A stretch of DNA of 64,000 nucleotides from Felis catus (lineage: Eukaryota). The stretch covers positions 25,670,001 through 25,734,000 of the forward strand of contig NC_058369.1 of NCBI RefSeq assembly GCF_018350175.1. Reading direction: 5' to 3'. Below, piece after piece: positions 12,670-24,321 of this stretch. Numbering within the stretch: position 1 is the stretch's first letter; each line of letters begins with the position of its first letter. Made by a program: the position numbers and the translations under genes. The notes under the pieces were generated by a model, which worked only from the letters and a program-made list of their open reading frames with translations, searched no databases and was not told the DNA's origin.

Positions 12670-14060
12670 AGCGCGAAGTTTGGCGAAGTGAGCGCTGAGG
12701 ACTCCGGACTCTTCTGAAACCTTGGGTGCTCCCTGACCACCGCTCTGGGCCTGGTCACTTCCTGGCCCGGCCGGCTCCGGGCTCCTGGCGACGGCTCGCT
12801 CACATACCACTGGAGTGTGCAGAGTGTGTACACGGTGCAGAAAGGGGGAGGAGGAAGGCTAGAGTTGTTCTGCCTCACTTCGGGCCGCTGCCCACACCGG
12901 AGAAGAGACGAGCCAGACCGCACTCTCAGAATGGGCCTCGCCAGTGTCTTCCGGGCTTGGCGAGATGGGAGTTCGCTTCCCCCACATCTGCGCCCGATCT
13001 TGTGTAGCTTTCAGTAAGATCAAGTAGAGAAAACCACAGCCACAAGGAAGAAACCTTGCCCCGCGGCCCTGTCCAGTCCTTTCACACAGATCTGGGGCGA
13101 CCGCCCACCTTTCGCCCCATTGTTCCCCGTTAAGAATTCCTCCTGACCCCGAGCCCGCCGCCCCTCCCCCACCACCGCGGGCGGAGGGGCAAACAGGCCC
13201 CAAGGCGGCCCCTAGCACCCACACCCGGCCTTACCCGATCCCTACTGGGGCCTGCCCTCGGTCCTCGGCCCCTCACTCACCCATCAAAATGCGCATCTGC
13301 TTCTTGCCGAAGAGGCGGGAGAAAAGGGAGGAGATGGTGAGGCCCATGGCAGTAGTGGCACTTGCGATGGGCAGGAGCAAAAGGGGTTTTGGGGCGTCCG
13401 CGGGCCTTCTCTTTTCACTCTCCCGACAAACTGAGCGAAGGAAGACGGGCTGAAGGAGAAAGAAGGCGACAGACACGGCTCACTGGCCGGCGTGTCGGAC
13501 GAAGCCCCAGAGCAAGAACTAACGGGGCGAGGACCTGCTCGACGACTGGCGCGGCAGCTCCGGCTCTGGCGTTTTAGGCTTTTGCTATGCCACGTCACGC
13601 GGTAGCCGCGGCTACTCCGACGGCGGCCCGGCCCCTCCAACGCGGACAGAATCGCGTCACCGCCGCCCCAACCCCCTGCGCTTCCGGTGCTGCCTGAACC
13701 ACTGCGCCTGCGCACGAAAGGGATTGGCCAACTTCGGGGACGCGATTCTCTGGCAGTTGTCTCCTCCCGGACGTGGACAATCGGGGCGACGCCAGTTAGC
13801 ACATGCGTACTGGGGGACGGACAAAGTCCCACAATGCCCCGGCTGGTCACTTCCAATCAGAGTCTAGGCGAGACGCTTCCGCCCGGATAAATACTTTCAG
13901 GAGGCTGTTGTCCTTACTTCCGGAAAGGCGCTCTGTGCATTGTGGGTTAGGAAGTGAACCTGTTCTTCCTGCCTTTGAGCGACCTACTCTTAAACTGAAT
14001 GCGCGCTGGGGACTCCCCCGTCCACGATAGTACACGTTTCATGCGCAGCACTAGGCACTT
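12670..14060. promoter_or_regulatory. ARF4: CpG island / ARF4 promoter and first exon
   Basis: GC- and CpG-rich segment in an AT-rich background. Motifs: TGACGTGGC (13589-13597, -), NRF1-like TGCGCCTGCGCA (13703-13714), CCAAT boxes (13723-13727, 13853-13857), ETS CTTCCGG (13681-13687, 13916-13925) and two ZNF143-like CCCACAATGC motifs (13826-13842 +, 13931-13948 -). Confidence 0.9.
13281..13347 (-). CDS. ARF4: ARF4 coding exon 1 (MGLTISSLFSRLFGKKQMRILM, phase 1)
   Basis: ATG at 13347 in context GCCATGG. Translation matches the class II ARF N-terminus with myristoylation Gly2. Donor G|GTGAGT at 13280. Lies in a CpG island. Confidence 0.97.
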
Positions 14061-15200
14061 CCCCTAGTGGAGAAGTGAAGACGGGCCCTGCTTTCCCAGG
14101 AGATAAGTGGTTAAAAGCTATCGTGCAGAGATAGAGGCTGTGGCCTAGACGCATTGACCTCTCCGCTCCAGGTCGTAATGAACATCCCCTAATCTTATGT
14201 CAGGATGCGATAGCTCTGAGACATTTTCATCGACTAGTGCAGCTTTTTAAAGAGAAGCCAACGAGGAAGGATTGTTTTTCGTGTACCTTTTCTCTCTCTG
14301 AACCCTGGAAAGCTTATTTCTTATTTTGAGAAAGTGGAAAGCCTTCTCACTTCGAAAAATATTTATGATCTTGGGGCACCTAGGTGGCTCAGTCGGTTTA
14401 TGATCTTGGGGCACCTAGGTGGCTCAGTCGGTTAAGCCTTGACTTCCGACTTGTCTCGGGTCATGATCTCTCTCCCGGTCTGTGGGTTGGAGCTGTGCTG
14501 ACGGCTCGGAGCCTGGAGCCTGCTTCAGATTCTGTGTCTCCCTCTCTCTCTGCCCCTCCCCACCTCTCGTTCTGTCTCTCAAAAGTAAACATTAAAAAAA
14601 ATAATATTTATAACATTAATGTTTTCCTGATTACCAAATAAGGTATATATCCTATAAAAAATTTTTTAAAAGCACGTTCCCCATAATCTTCGCCACATCA
14701 CCATTATTTCCTCTACACCGTTATGCAGTTTAGGATTAGTAGCTCCTCCTACCTACACCTCTGTATCTTAGTTAAGTCCCCATCACCGGCCCTTCAGATC
14801 TGTTTAACTCCCTTGGAAAATATTTTATTGATCTCACCAGATGAATTACTCAGGCTCAAAGAATCATAGCCTCTCTTCGTTGTTACGATTTCACACTTAA
14901 TATTATTGACAAACTTCCTCCCTTTCCTCCACCCTTGTCTGAAAGCGCTGAGAAGGCAGGACTCTAGTCCGTTTTTATATATCATTGTATTCCCCGGAGT
15001 TGGCACACCATGACACTCAAATATGGTTGAGTGATAGAGGGATGGCTGAATACACTGTTATAGCCATACTATGTAATACTATCAGAAGTTAGAATAATAC
15101 AGAATTATATATTCTAATGAAAAGGTCTCCAAGACACAGCTAGTGGAAAATACCAAATGATGACTAAGCAGTGTGAAACAATATAAAAGTGTGGATTTCC

Positions 15201-15203
<3 letters not shown>

Positions 15204-15247
<44 letters not shown>
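15204..15247. repeat. (TG)n microsatellite, about 22 units
   Basis: Direct reading. Confidence 0.97.
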
Positions 15248-15251
<4 letters not shown>

Positions 15252-15394
15252 GCAGAATAAGAATTTTGAAGTGGAATCTGTTGTGGTGATAGAGGTTACC
15301 TGTTTATCCTGTTTGGAGAGAGGAGGGGATCGTTCCCAGAAGTGAGGGAACCTGGTTTTGGTGTAGTAGTCAAAAGAGAGCTTAGTCTGTACTT

Positions 15395-15870
15395 TAACAT
15401 TTTTGCTTTATTGAAATATAATTTGTACATGCAATAAAATTCACCAATCTTAACTGTACAATTGTATGAATATAAACATGTATACAGTAGCAGAGCCAAT
15501 ACCATTATCATATCAATCATTTTTAATACCCCCAAAATTTCCCTCATACTCCTTTATACTCATCCTCTTCCCTTAGCTTCAGCCCTTGGCCAAACACTGG
15601 TCCTTCCCCAAATTTCATATAAATGAAACCATGCAGTATGTATGTAGTCTTTTGTGTATGGCTTTTTTCTCCTAGCATAATGATTTTGAGATTGATCTAT
15701 GTTATAGTGTGTATCAATAGTTTGTTCTTTTTCACTGCTGAGTGGTATTCCACTGTGGATATACAATTTCTTTATCCGTTCACCAAGTGATAAGGCTTTG
15801 GGTCGTTTAAAGTATTGAGATTTAAGGAATAAGACTGCTTGAACACTTGAGTACAAGTGTTTGTATATCT
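15395..15870 (-). mobile_element. Old L1 3' fragment
   Basis: Reverse-strand L1ME/MB-like text (cttttt...ctagcataatgattttgagatt, gctgagtggtattccactgtgg). Confidence 0.75.
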
Positions 15871-18394
15871 GTATTAATTTATTTTTACAAGAAGTATTTA
15901 TCTATGCATTGCTTTCGTAATTTAAAAAGTAATCTTTGAATTTGATTAATGAGTCAACCACTGTTTGACATAAGTTCTTCCACATTTTCCTCCATGAAAT
16001 ACTAACATGTCTACATAAATGTTAATGGGATTTTACACTGCTAAGCAACTCCTTTTTTATTTAACAAAATACTATGGGCATTTAAAAATATCAGTACTTG
16101 GGGTGCCTGGGTGGTCAGTTGAGCATCTGACTCTTCATTTTGGCTCAGGTCGTGATCCCAGAGTTGTGGGATCAAACCACATGTCAGGCTCTGTGCTGAG
16201 CACGGAGCCTGCTTAAGATTCTCTCTCTCTCTCCCCTGCCCCTGTCCCCAGCTCACAATCCCTCTCTGAAAGAAAGAAAAAACGACAAAAGAAAAAGAAA
16301 AAAACAGTAATTATAGACTTAACTCATTCTTTTTAATAGCTGCATTCCATTGTAGGTACATAAAATAACTTATTTAATTGATCTAGAAGATTATAAAACA
16401 TGCATACTCATGGATCTTCGAGGAATTTATGGTAATGAAAATTTCCCACAAATTTATTGTCTTCAAAGAATGTTTATTACATCATTGTTTGTAATGGAGG
16501 AAACTGGAAATATCAGTTTTTTAAAAAAAGAAATATTTAGGGGTGCCTGTCGGTTAAGCATCCGACTTCGGCTCAGGTCATGATCTCTCGCTTCTCTGGG
16601 TTCGAGCCCTGCGTCGGGCTCTGTGCTGACAGCTCAGAGCCTGGAGCCTGCTTCAGATTCTGTGTCTCCCTCTCTCTCTGCCCCTCTCCCACTCATGCTC
16701 TGTTTCTGTCTTAAATTTAAACAAACAAAATTTTTAAGAATAAAAAAAATATTTAAATCGCCCTCTGTTTCTTTCTCTTGCTGATCACTAGTCCAGATAC
16801 TCCAATTTTGCTTTTTCTAACAGTGCTATCCTAGGAGGTTCTGTAGATGCTTATTTTAAACAGTACATTCTGCCGGGTGGGGTTGAATAAGAAAAATCTG
16901 CAGGGTTTGAAAAAGAGTAAGATATTTTGTATTCTTTAAGGTCTGCTGAGGAAAGCTCCATTTGGTAGAACTACCCTTCAGAAGCTGTCATTTCTCATAA
17001 TGACCCTGAGCAGTCAAAAGCAAAAACTTTAGTGGATAATAAGGTAAAGCCATTTTATAGACTACAATGGATTTATTCTGCCCTTTTTAAAAATTTCCAG
17101 ATAATTCCAGAAATAACAATGTTAAGTAAGGTGAAATTAAATGTAATTAAATACACAATATTTAAAGAGCACCAGAGAAATGCAAAGAGAAAGCAATTGG
17201 TTTTTGCACTCAGACTTTTAAACTCTTTAAGCAATTTAACAGAAATGTTTGTTAATTTCTGGTGTGAAGCAAAATACTATTTAATTTGTAATAACTGAAA
17301 GTCTATATAATTACCTGAGAGATCCACACATTTTCCTAGAATTTAACTTAAGCAGAATTAAAGACTATATCTCCCTTGAAAAGAACCTTACTTTGCACTG
17401 GAAATACATGTAATGAGTTGCTTAGCAGTTGAGTAACTTAAAATTGCATTTTGGAAGCTTGTTAGATTAAGTAGACTTATGTCTGTTTTGCATTTTATAT
17501 AGAATTCCGTAAAACAATGTTCACCTGATTCTAAGCCTCCTCCCAAGTTGACCCTCTGAATTTCTCAAGACAAATGAAAATGGGTTCCCTTCCTCATACC
17601 TTCTTCCAAATCTTTTTTTTTTTTTTTTTACATTTTTTAATGTTTATTTATTTTTGAGAGAAAGATAGACAAAGTGCAGCTGGGGAGGGGCAGAGAGGAA
17701 GACACAGTATTTGAAGCAGGTTCCAGGCTCTGAGATGTACAACGTGGGGCTCAAACTCGTGAACCAGGAGATCATGACCTGAGCCAAAGTCAGACACTTA
17801 ACCGACTGAGCCACCCAGGTGCCCCACTTCTTAATCCATGTTTTTGGTTTAATTAAGCAAAACAGATGGAAAGAATTCTGATGTCCATCTCTAGCATCTA
17901 AAATCTAAAACAAAACAAACAAAAAAAAAACCCAAAAAACAAATGAAGATGTCAGAGTAGAATTTTCAGATTTCCATTTAAAATATGCTATACATCAAGT
18001 AGCTAATAGAGGTAACACAACAGGATGTCAATGGCCTACTGAAATGTCTCTACTGTAAAGATAAGGATAATCAGGATCAGAGAGGTTAAGTAACGTGCCA
18101 AAGGCCTCACAGCTAATAAGCAGTAGAATTACATATAAGAGGGGCACCTGGGTGGCTCAGTCAGTTAGGCGTCCGACTTCGGCTCAGGTCATGATCTCCC
18201 AGTTTGTGTTTGAGCCCCATGTTCGTCCCTGGGCTGACAGCTTGGAGCCTGGAGCCTACTTCAGATTCCTTGTCTCCCTCTCTCTCTGCCCCTTCCCCTC
18301 TCACACTCTCTCTCCCAAAAATAAACATAAAAAAATATTTTTTTAGAATTGCAGATAAGAACCCATTTCTTCTGATGTCAATACCCTTTTTTCT

Positions 18395-18537
18395 TCCTCC
18401 CCTCCCCTCCCCTCCCCTCCCCTCCCCTCCCCTCCCCTCCCCTCCCCTCTCCTCCCCTCCCCTCTCCTCTCCTCTCCTCTCCTCTCCTCTCCTCTCCTTT
18501 CCTTTCCTTTCCTTTCCTTTCCTTTCCTTTCCTTTCC
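18395..18537. repeat. Compound pentanucleotide repeat (CCCCT)n(CCTCT)n(CCTTT)n, expanded SINE tail
   Basis: Direct reading; pure polypyrimidine/polypurine tract. Confidence 0.95.
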
Positions 18538-21500
18538 TGGAATGAGTGCACGACCAGGGGAGAGGGGGCAGAGGGAGACCGAGAGAATCTTAAGCAGGCT
18601 CCACACTCAGTGCAGAGCCCAACTTGGGACTTGATCTTATGACCCTGGGATCATGACCTGAGCTGAAACCAAGAGTCAGACTAGGCCACCCAGAAGCCCC
18701 TGATGTCAACACTCTCTCTCTTTTTTAAAAAAAATGTTTATTTAGAGAGAGAGAGAACAAGTGCCGGAGGGACAGAGAGAAAGAGGGAGAGACACAGAAT
18801 CTGAAGCAGGCTCCAGGCTCCAAGCTGTCAGCACAGAGCCCGATGCAGGGCTCAAACCCACCAACTCTGAGATAATGACCTGAGCCGATGTCAGACGCTC
18901 AACCGACTGAGCCACCCAGGTGCCCCACAACACTCTTAACCACTATTCTCACTGCCTTCTTTTTGAAAATGAGAAAATTGAGCCCCAAAGGGAGAAACTG
19001 CTATTGTTTATTGATCATTTACCATGTAGCAAGTCCTATACTTCATTTAATTTAACAACTATGAGGAAGGTGTTATGAGGTTGCCCCAACTCTAAAGTGT
19101 GTATTAAAAAACAACATACTACATTATATATCTTTTCCTCATCTCTGATTTTTTTAAAATTTTATTTTTCAAAGTAATCTTTACACCCAACTTGGAGCTT
19201 GAACTCACCACCCTGAGATCAAGAGTCACACATTCTATCGACTGAGTCAGCCAGGTGCCCTGATTTATGTGTGTGTATACATATGTATACATATATATAT
19301 ATTCATTCCAGTTCTTTAGGTTTAATAATGTAATTACTTTTGCTGATTGTTGTTTATATTCCATTAGAATGACAGTTTCTTGGGGCACATGGGTGGCTCA
19401 GTTGGTTGAGTGTCCGACTTTGGCTCAGGTCATGATCTCACAGTTCATGATCTCACAGTTCATGAGTTCAAGCCCCCCATTGGGCTCACTGCTGTCAGCA
19501 CAGAGCCTGCTTCAGATCCTCTGTCCCCATCTCTCTGCCACTCCCCCACTTGCTTGCACATGCTCTCTCTCTCAAAAATAAACATTAAAAAAATGCAAGC
19601 TTCTTAAAGAAACCATATCCTTTGAAATTTTCAAAGCACTTGAGACTATGTATTATATAAATAGTGCCAATATATTTAATAGCAACAATCGACGTACTGA
19701 GCACTTACTATATGCCAAACATCATGCTTAATATACGTTATCCCATTATTCTTTTTTTTAATGTTCTATTTATTTTTGAGAGAGACAGAATGAGCAGGGG
19801 AGAAGCGGGGGGGTGGGGGGTGGGGGTGGGAGCTAGGATCTGAAGTGGCCTCCGCACTGACAGCAGTGAGCCCAATGTGGGGCTTGAACCCACCAACCAC
19901 AAGATCATGACCCAAGCAGAAGTTGGACGCTCAACCGAGCCACCCAGGTGCCCCTCCCGATATTCAACAGTTTAATCCATGTCATTCACTTTGTTCTCTG
20001 CAAGAATGACTCAGCTCTGTTTCTAGTCCACTTGTTAGTAGTACAATAGTATAATTTTCTTTTTACCTCATTTCCTCCCAACCTATGTAAACTCCATTTT
20101 GATATCATTTCTGACTGTAATTCATCACTGATCTTGCTTAAAGCTCACATTCTCTGAACACTGTTATTTATCTGCACCAGTGGAAGAGTATCGAGTATCT
20201 GTACTTCTACAAAGAATCTTGCCCACCCACTTTCTCTTCCAAAGGGGAGTGGCATGTGAACTCCCAGAGTCTTTGGATCGTTTGGCCAAACCTGTTACCT
20301 CTCAGCATCTCAAAGCTTCTGCCATGTAGTTAAGAACTTTCCTTAATTTCAGCGCCTTTTATTCAGTCTTCTTTTTAAAAAAGTTTTATTGATTCTATTG
20401 TTTTTGTGGGAAGGCTTGTATATCTGGATCTATGCCCTCGTCTTTCCTAGGAGTCAGAGTTTTGTTTGTTTTTTAACAATTTTGGTAAAGCTTATTAAAG
20501 TCAACACTTACCTACTTCCCCAATTTAAAATACTTATGCTTTATCTGTTTCATAATGGTGGCATAAATTTTATACATATCTTAAAAGTTTCTTACAGGAA
20601 ACTTTAAAAATAAGGAATGAACTACTTGATTAGTTTCCTTCAAAGTATTTACAGTAGTCACATTCCTGACTTCCAGAAGAACTGGTACTCTGGTTTTCTG
20701 TATGCTTTAAGCAGAGTGATTTTATAGTAGGTACATAGCCTGAGGCCACGAATTCTACTCAAATTTGTATTTACTATTTAACATATACAAATTTCACAGT
20801 TAGCTTAAAACTATATGTCTGACAACTATGTACCATAGCAACATTAAGAAATACGTTATTTCACAAAACCTTCCTCTTCTTGCCCAAGTCTCTGTCTCTC
20901 CTGACTATATAAATATTTCAAATATCTCACAATTACTGACGTATCTTTCATGCTATGAAGCACAGAAATGAATTTCCTTGAAAAATTTTTTTCCTCCAAA
21001 TATTAGATTTACTGACTCACGTAATCCTGACTTTGTGATTTATGATGGTTGAGAGTCTTAGTGAAATAATCACCTAACGGTCAATTCCTATATCTATCTG
21101 GTTATCAAATTTTAACATCCACCAGAATTCTTTGGAAGGCTGTTAAAATCAGATTGCTGAGACTCGCTTCTAGTCAAAAGCAAGTAACAAGGACCAGATC
21201 TACCCTCTCACCTAAAATAATTTTTTTTAAAAATGTAGCAAAATATACAAAACAATGGTTTTCAAGACACTAGATGCCAGGCAGTGAAGGATAGTGATCT
21301 TGAGAGACCGAAAACAAATGCTATGAGCCCTGAACCTGAGATTGCCCCAGTTTACTATCTTGAGGGTATTTTTAGGCCACAGTATAGAAAGGAGAATAGA
21401 GGGTAACCTGGTGAACTCTGAGCTGTAAGTCTGGGGAAACCAAACTTTAGGACGGAATTCCAGAGAGAAAGGAGCAGCACAGAAGGAAAAAAAACAAAAC

Positions 21501-23104
21501 AAAACAAAACAAAAAACCCTTATACAAAACCCTTGTACAGATCTGCAGAAGGTTCACTGGAGTATCCAGCAGAGTACTGATCAGCAAATGCATGTGAAGA
21601 ATGACCCAAAGCCCAGGAAAGAACCATCAGAAAGGAGATTAAAAGGGAATAGTGCCCAGGGTTGGTTGGAAACAATGCCTGTTCCTATTAGCCAGATTGG
21701 AAAAACTCATAAGATAGTGGCTAGATTCAAGAAGGTCTTGCCTCAGTAGCAAAGAATAATTACTTCTACACTGAGCACTGGTTGGTGGGAATGCAAACTG
21801 ATGCAGCCACTCTGGGAAACAGAATGCAGGTTCCTCAAAAAGTTAAAAATAGGACTACCTATGACTCAGCAACTGCAATACTAGGTATTTACCAAAAAAC
21901 CACAAAACCACTAATTTGGAGGGATACATGCACCCCTATGTTTATAGCAGCATTATCAACAATAGTCAAATTATGGAAAGAACCCACATGTCCATCGACA
22001 GGTGAAAGGATAAAGATGTAGTATCTATATACAATAGAATTTTACTCATCCATAAAAAAAATGAAATCTTGCCTTTGCAACAACATGGATGAAGCTAGAG
22101 AGTGCTAGGCTAAGTGAAACAAGTCATTCAGATTTTCTGTCTCCCTCTGTCTTTACTCCTCTCCCACTCATGCTCTCTCTCAAATATTAAAAATTTTTTA
22201 TAAAAAATGTTAAATAAACTGAGCGCTTCTTTGGGCCTACTCAGCAAATCATAAAAAAATGAAAAGGACCAAGTTATTTTCAAGTAACTGATTTCTAGAA
22301 CACAGATTAGACAATACAGAAAACTAATGAGCCTAAAGGCATAGCAGTAGAAACTATCCAAAATGAAATAGAGAGAGATACAAGAGTAACAAAACAAAAC
22401 AAAGCATGTAGAGTATCTGTGAGCTGTAGGACAACCTCATACAGACTAACACATGAGTAATTGAAGTCCCTGAAAGAAAGGAAGGGGGACAGAAAAAATA
22501 CTTAAAGAACTATGCCCCCAAATTTTCCAAATTTGATGACAACTATAAAGCTACATATACAAGAAGATCAACTACCCCCAAGAACAAGAAACATGAGTAA
22601 AACTACATCAAAGCATATCATTATCAAATAACAAAAAAACAGCAATAAAATCTTTTTATTAAAAAAACATTTTTTAAAGCTTATTTATTTATTTTGAGAG
22701 AGAAAGAGAGCATGCAAGTGGTGTAGGGGCAGAGAGAGAGGGAGCGAGAATCCCAAGCAGGCTCCTGCTGTCAGCACAGAGCCCCATGCGGGGCTTGATC
22801 CCATGAACTGCGAGATCATGACCTGAGCTGAGATCAAGAGCTGGCCACCCAACCAAGTGAGCCACCCAGGTGCCCCAAAACTTAAAAGCAGCCAAAGAAA
22901 GAGACTTATTAACTACATAAGAACAAAGATAAAGATTATAGTCACATTTCTCACTGGAAATAATGCAAATAAGAAACAATGGTGTAACATTTTAAGATAC
23001 TGAAAGAAAAAAATGCCAATTTACAGATCTATACATAGTAAAAACATCTTTTTTAGTCACATTTCTCACTGGAAATAATGCAAATAAGAAAGAATGGTAT
23101 AACA

Positions 23105-23330
23105 TTTTTTTTTTAATTTTTTTTCAATGTTTTTTATTTATTTTTGGGACAGAGAGAGACAGAGCATGAACGGGGGAGGGGCAGAGAGAGAGGGAGACAC
23201 AGAATTGGAAACAGGCTCCAGGCTCTGAGCCATCAGCCCAGAGCCTGATGCGGGGCTCGAACTCACGGACCGCGAGATCGTGACCTGGCTGAAGTTGGAC
23301 GCTTAACCGACTGCGCCACCCAGGCGCCCC
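23105..23330 (-). mobile_element. Young SINEC_Fc-type SINE
   Basis: gggtggcgcagtcgg / ccaggtcacgatctcgcg diagnostic variant; TSD aatggtataacatttt on both sides. Confidence 0.92.
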
Positions 23331-24321
23331 AAAATGGTATAACATTTTAAAATACTGTAAGAAAGAAAGACAACTTACAAATCTATATATAGTAAAAACA
23401 TCTTTTTTTTCCCCAAAGATTTTAAACTCTATACCCAACATGGGGTTGAACTCACAACCCTGAGATCAAGAGTCCCATGCTCTACCAACTGAACCACCCA
23501 GCCACCCCCACAGTAAAAACATCTTTTAAGAATATTCAAAATAAAGACATTTTCAGACATATGAAAGTTGAATTAATTCATTTTAGGGTGCCTGGGTGGC
23601 TCCAGTATCAGGAATGAGAGAGGCTCTCATCTCTAAAGTTTATACAGATAGTAAAAGAATAATGAGAGACTATTATGAACGATTTTATGCCCATAAATGT
23701 GACAGTTTAAATAAAACTGGCAACTTTCTTGAAAGACACAAACTACCAAAGTTCATTCAAGAAGGAATAGATAACCTTAACAGCTTTATATCTATTCTTT
23801 AAAAGTTGAGTATAAAAACCTTTCCACAAAGAAAACTCCAGGCCCTAATGACTTCACTGGTGAATATCACCAAACTAAGAAATACAGAATACCATTTTTT
23901 TTTTTAATTTTTAATTTTATAGACAGAGTGTGAGTGGGAGAGAGGCGCTGGGGGAGAGGGAGAATTTTAAGCAGGCTTCACACTCAGCACAGAGCCCAAC
24001 ATGGGGCTCAATCCCATGACCCTGGCATCGTGACCTGAGCCAAAATCAAGAATCAGACTCAACCAACTGAGCCACCCAGGTGCCCCTACAATACCGTCTT
24101 GATACAGCTCTTCTAAATCACTCTGTGAAGTCTGATACCCAAACCAGACAAAGGCATTACAAAGAAACCACAAACCAATACCCACCATGAACACAAAAGC
24201 AAAATTTCTAAACAAAATTTTAGCAACTCAAATCCAAAACTGTATTAAAAGGATAACACATCAAGACCAAGTGGGGTTAATTCCGGGAATACAGTTGGTC
24301 TAACTTTGAAAAGTCAATGTT

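Larger units (their letters stand above)
14372..19955. mobile_element. Intergenic Can-SINEs: ~14372-14605(+), 16099-16305(+), 16539-16740(+), 17615-17825(-), 18140-18345(+), 18390-18700(-), 18720-18927(-), 19150-19261(-), 19381-19595(+), 19750-19955(-)
   Basis: SINE head/tail motifs; coordinates approximate. Confidence 0.88.

Noticed and set aside
13284..14035. Several overlapping ORFs (up to 190 aa) across the ARF4 promoter
   Set aside because: Stop-poor GC-rich CpG island, low-complexity translations and no recognisable domain.
19431..19465. 15-bp tandem duplication catgatctcacagtt in a SINE
   Set aside because: Trivial slippage event inside a repeat.
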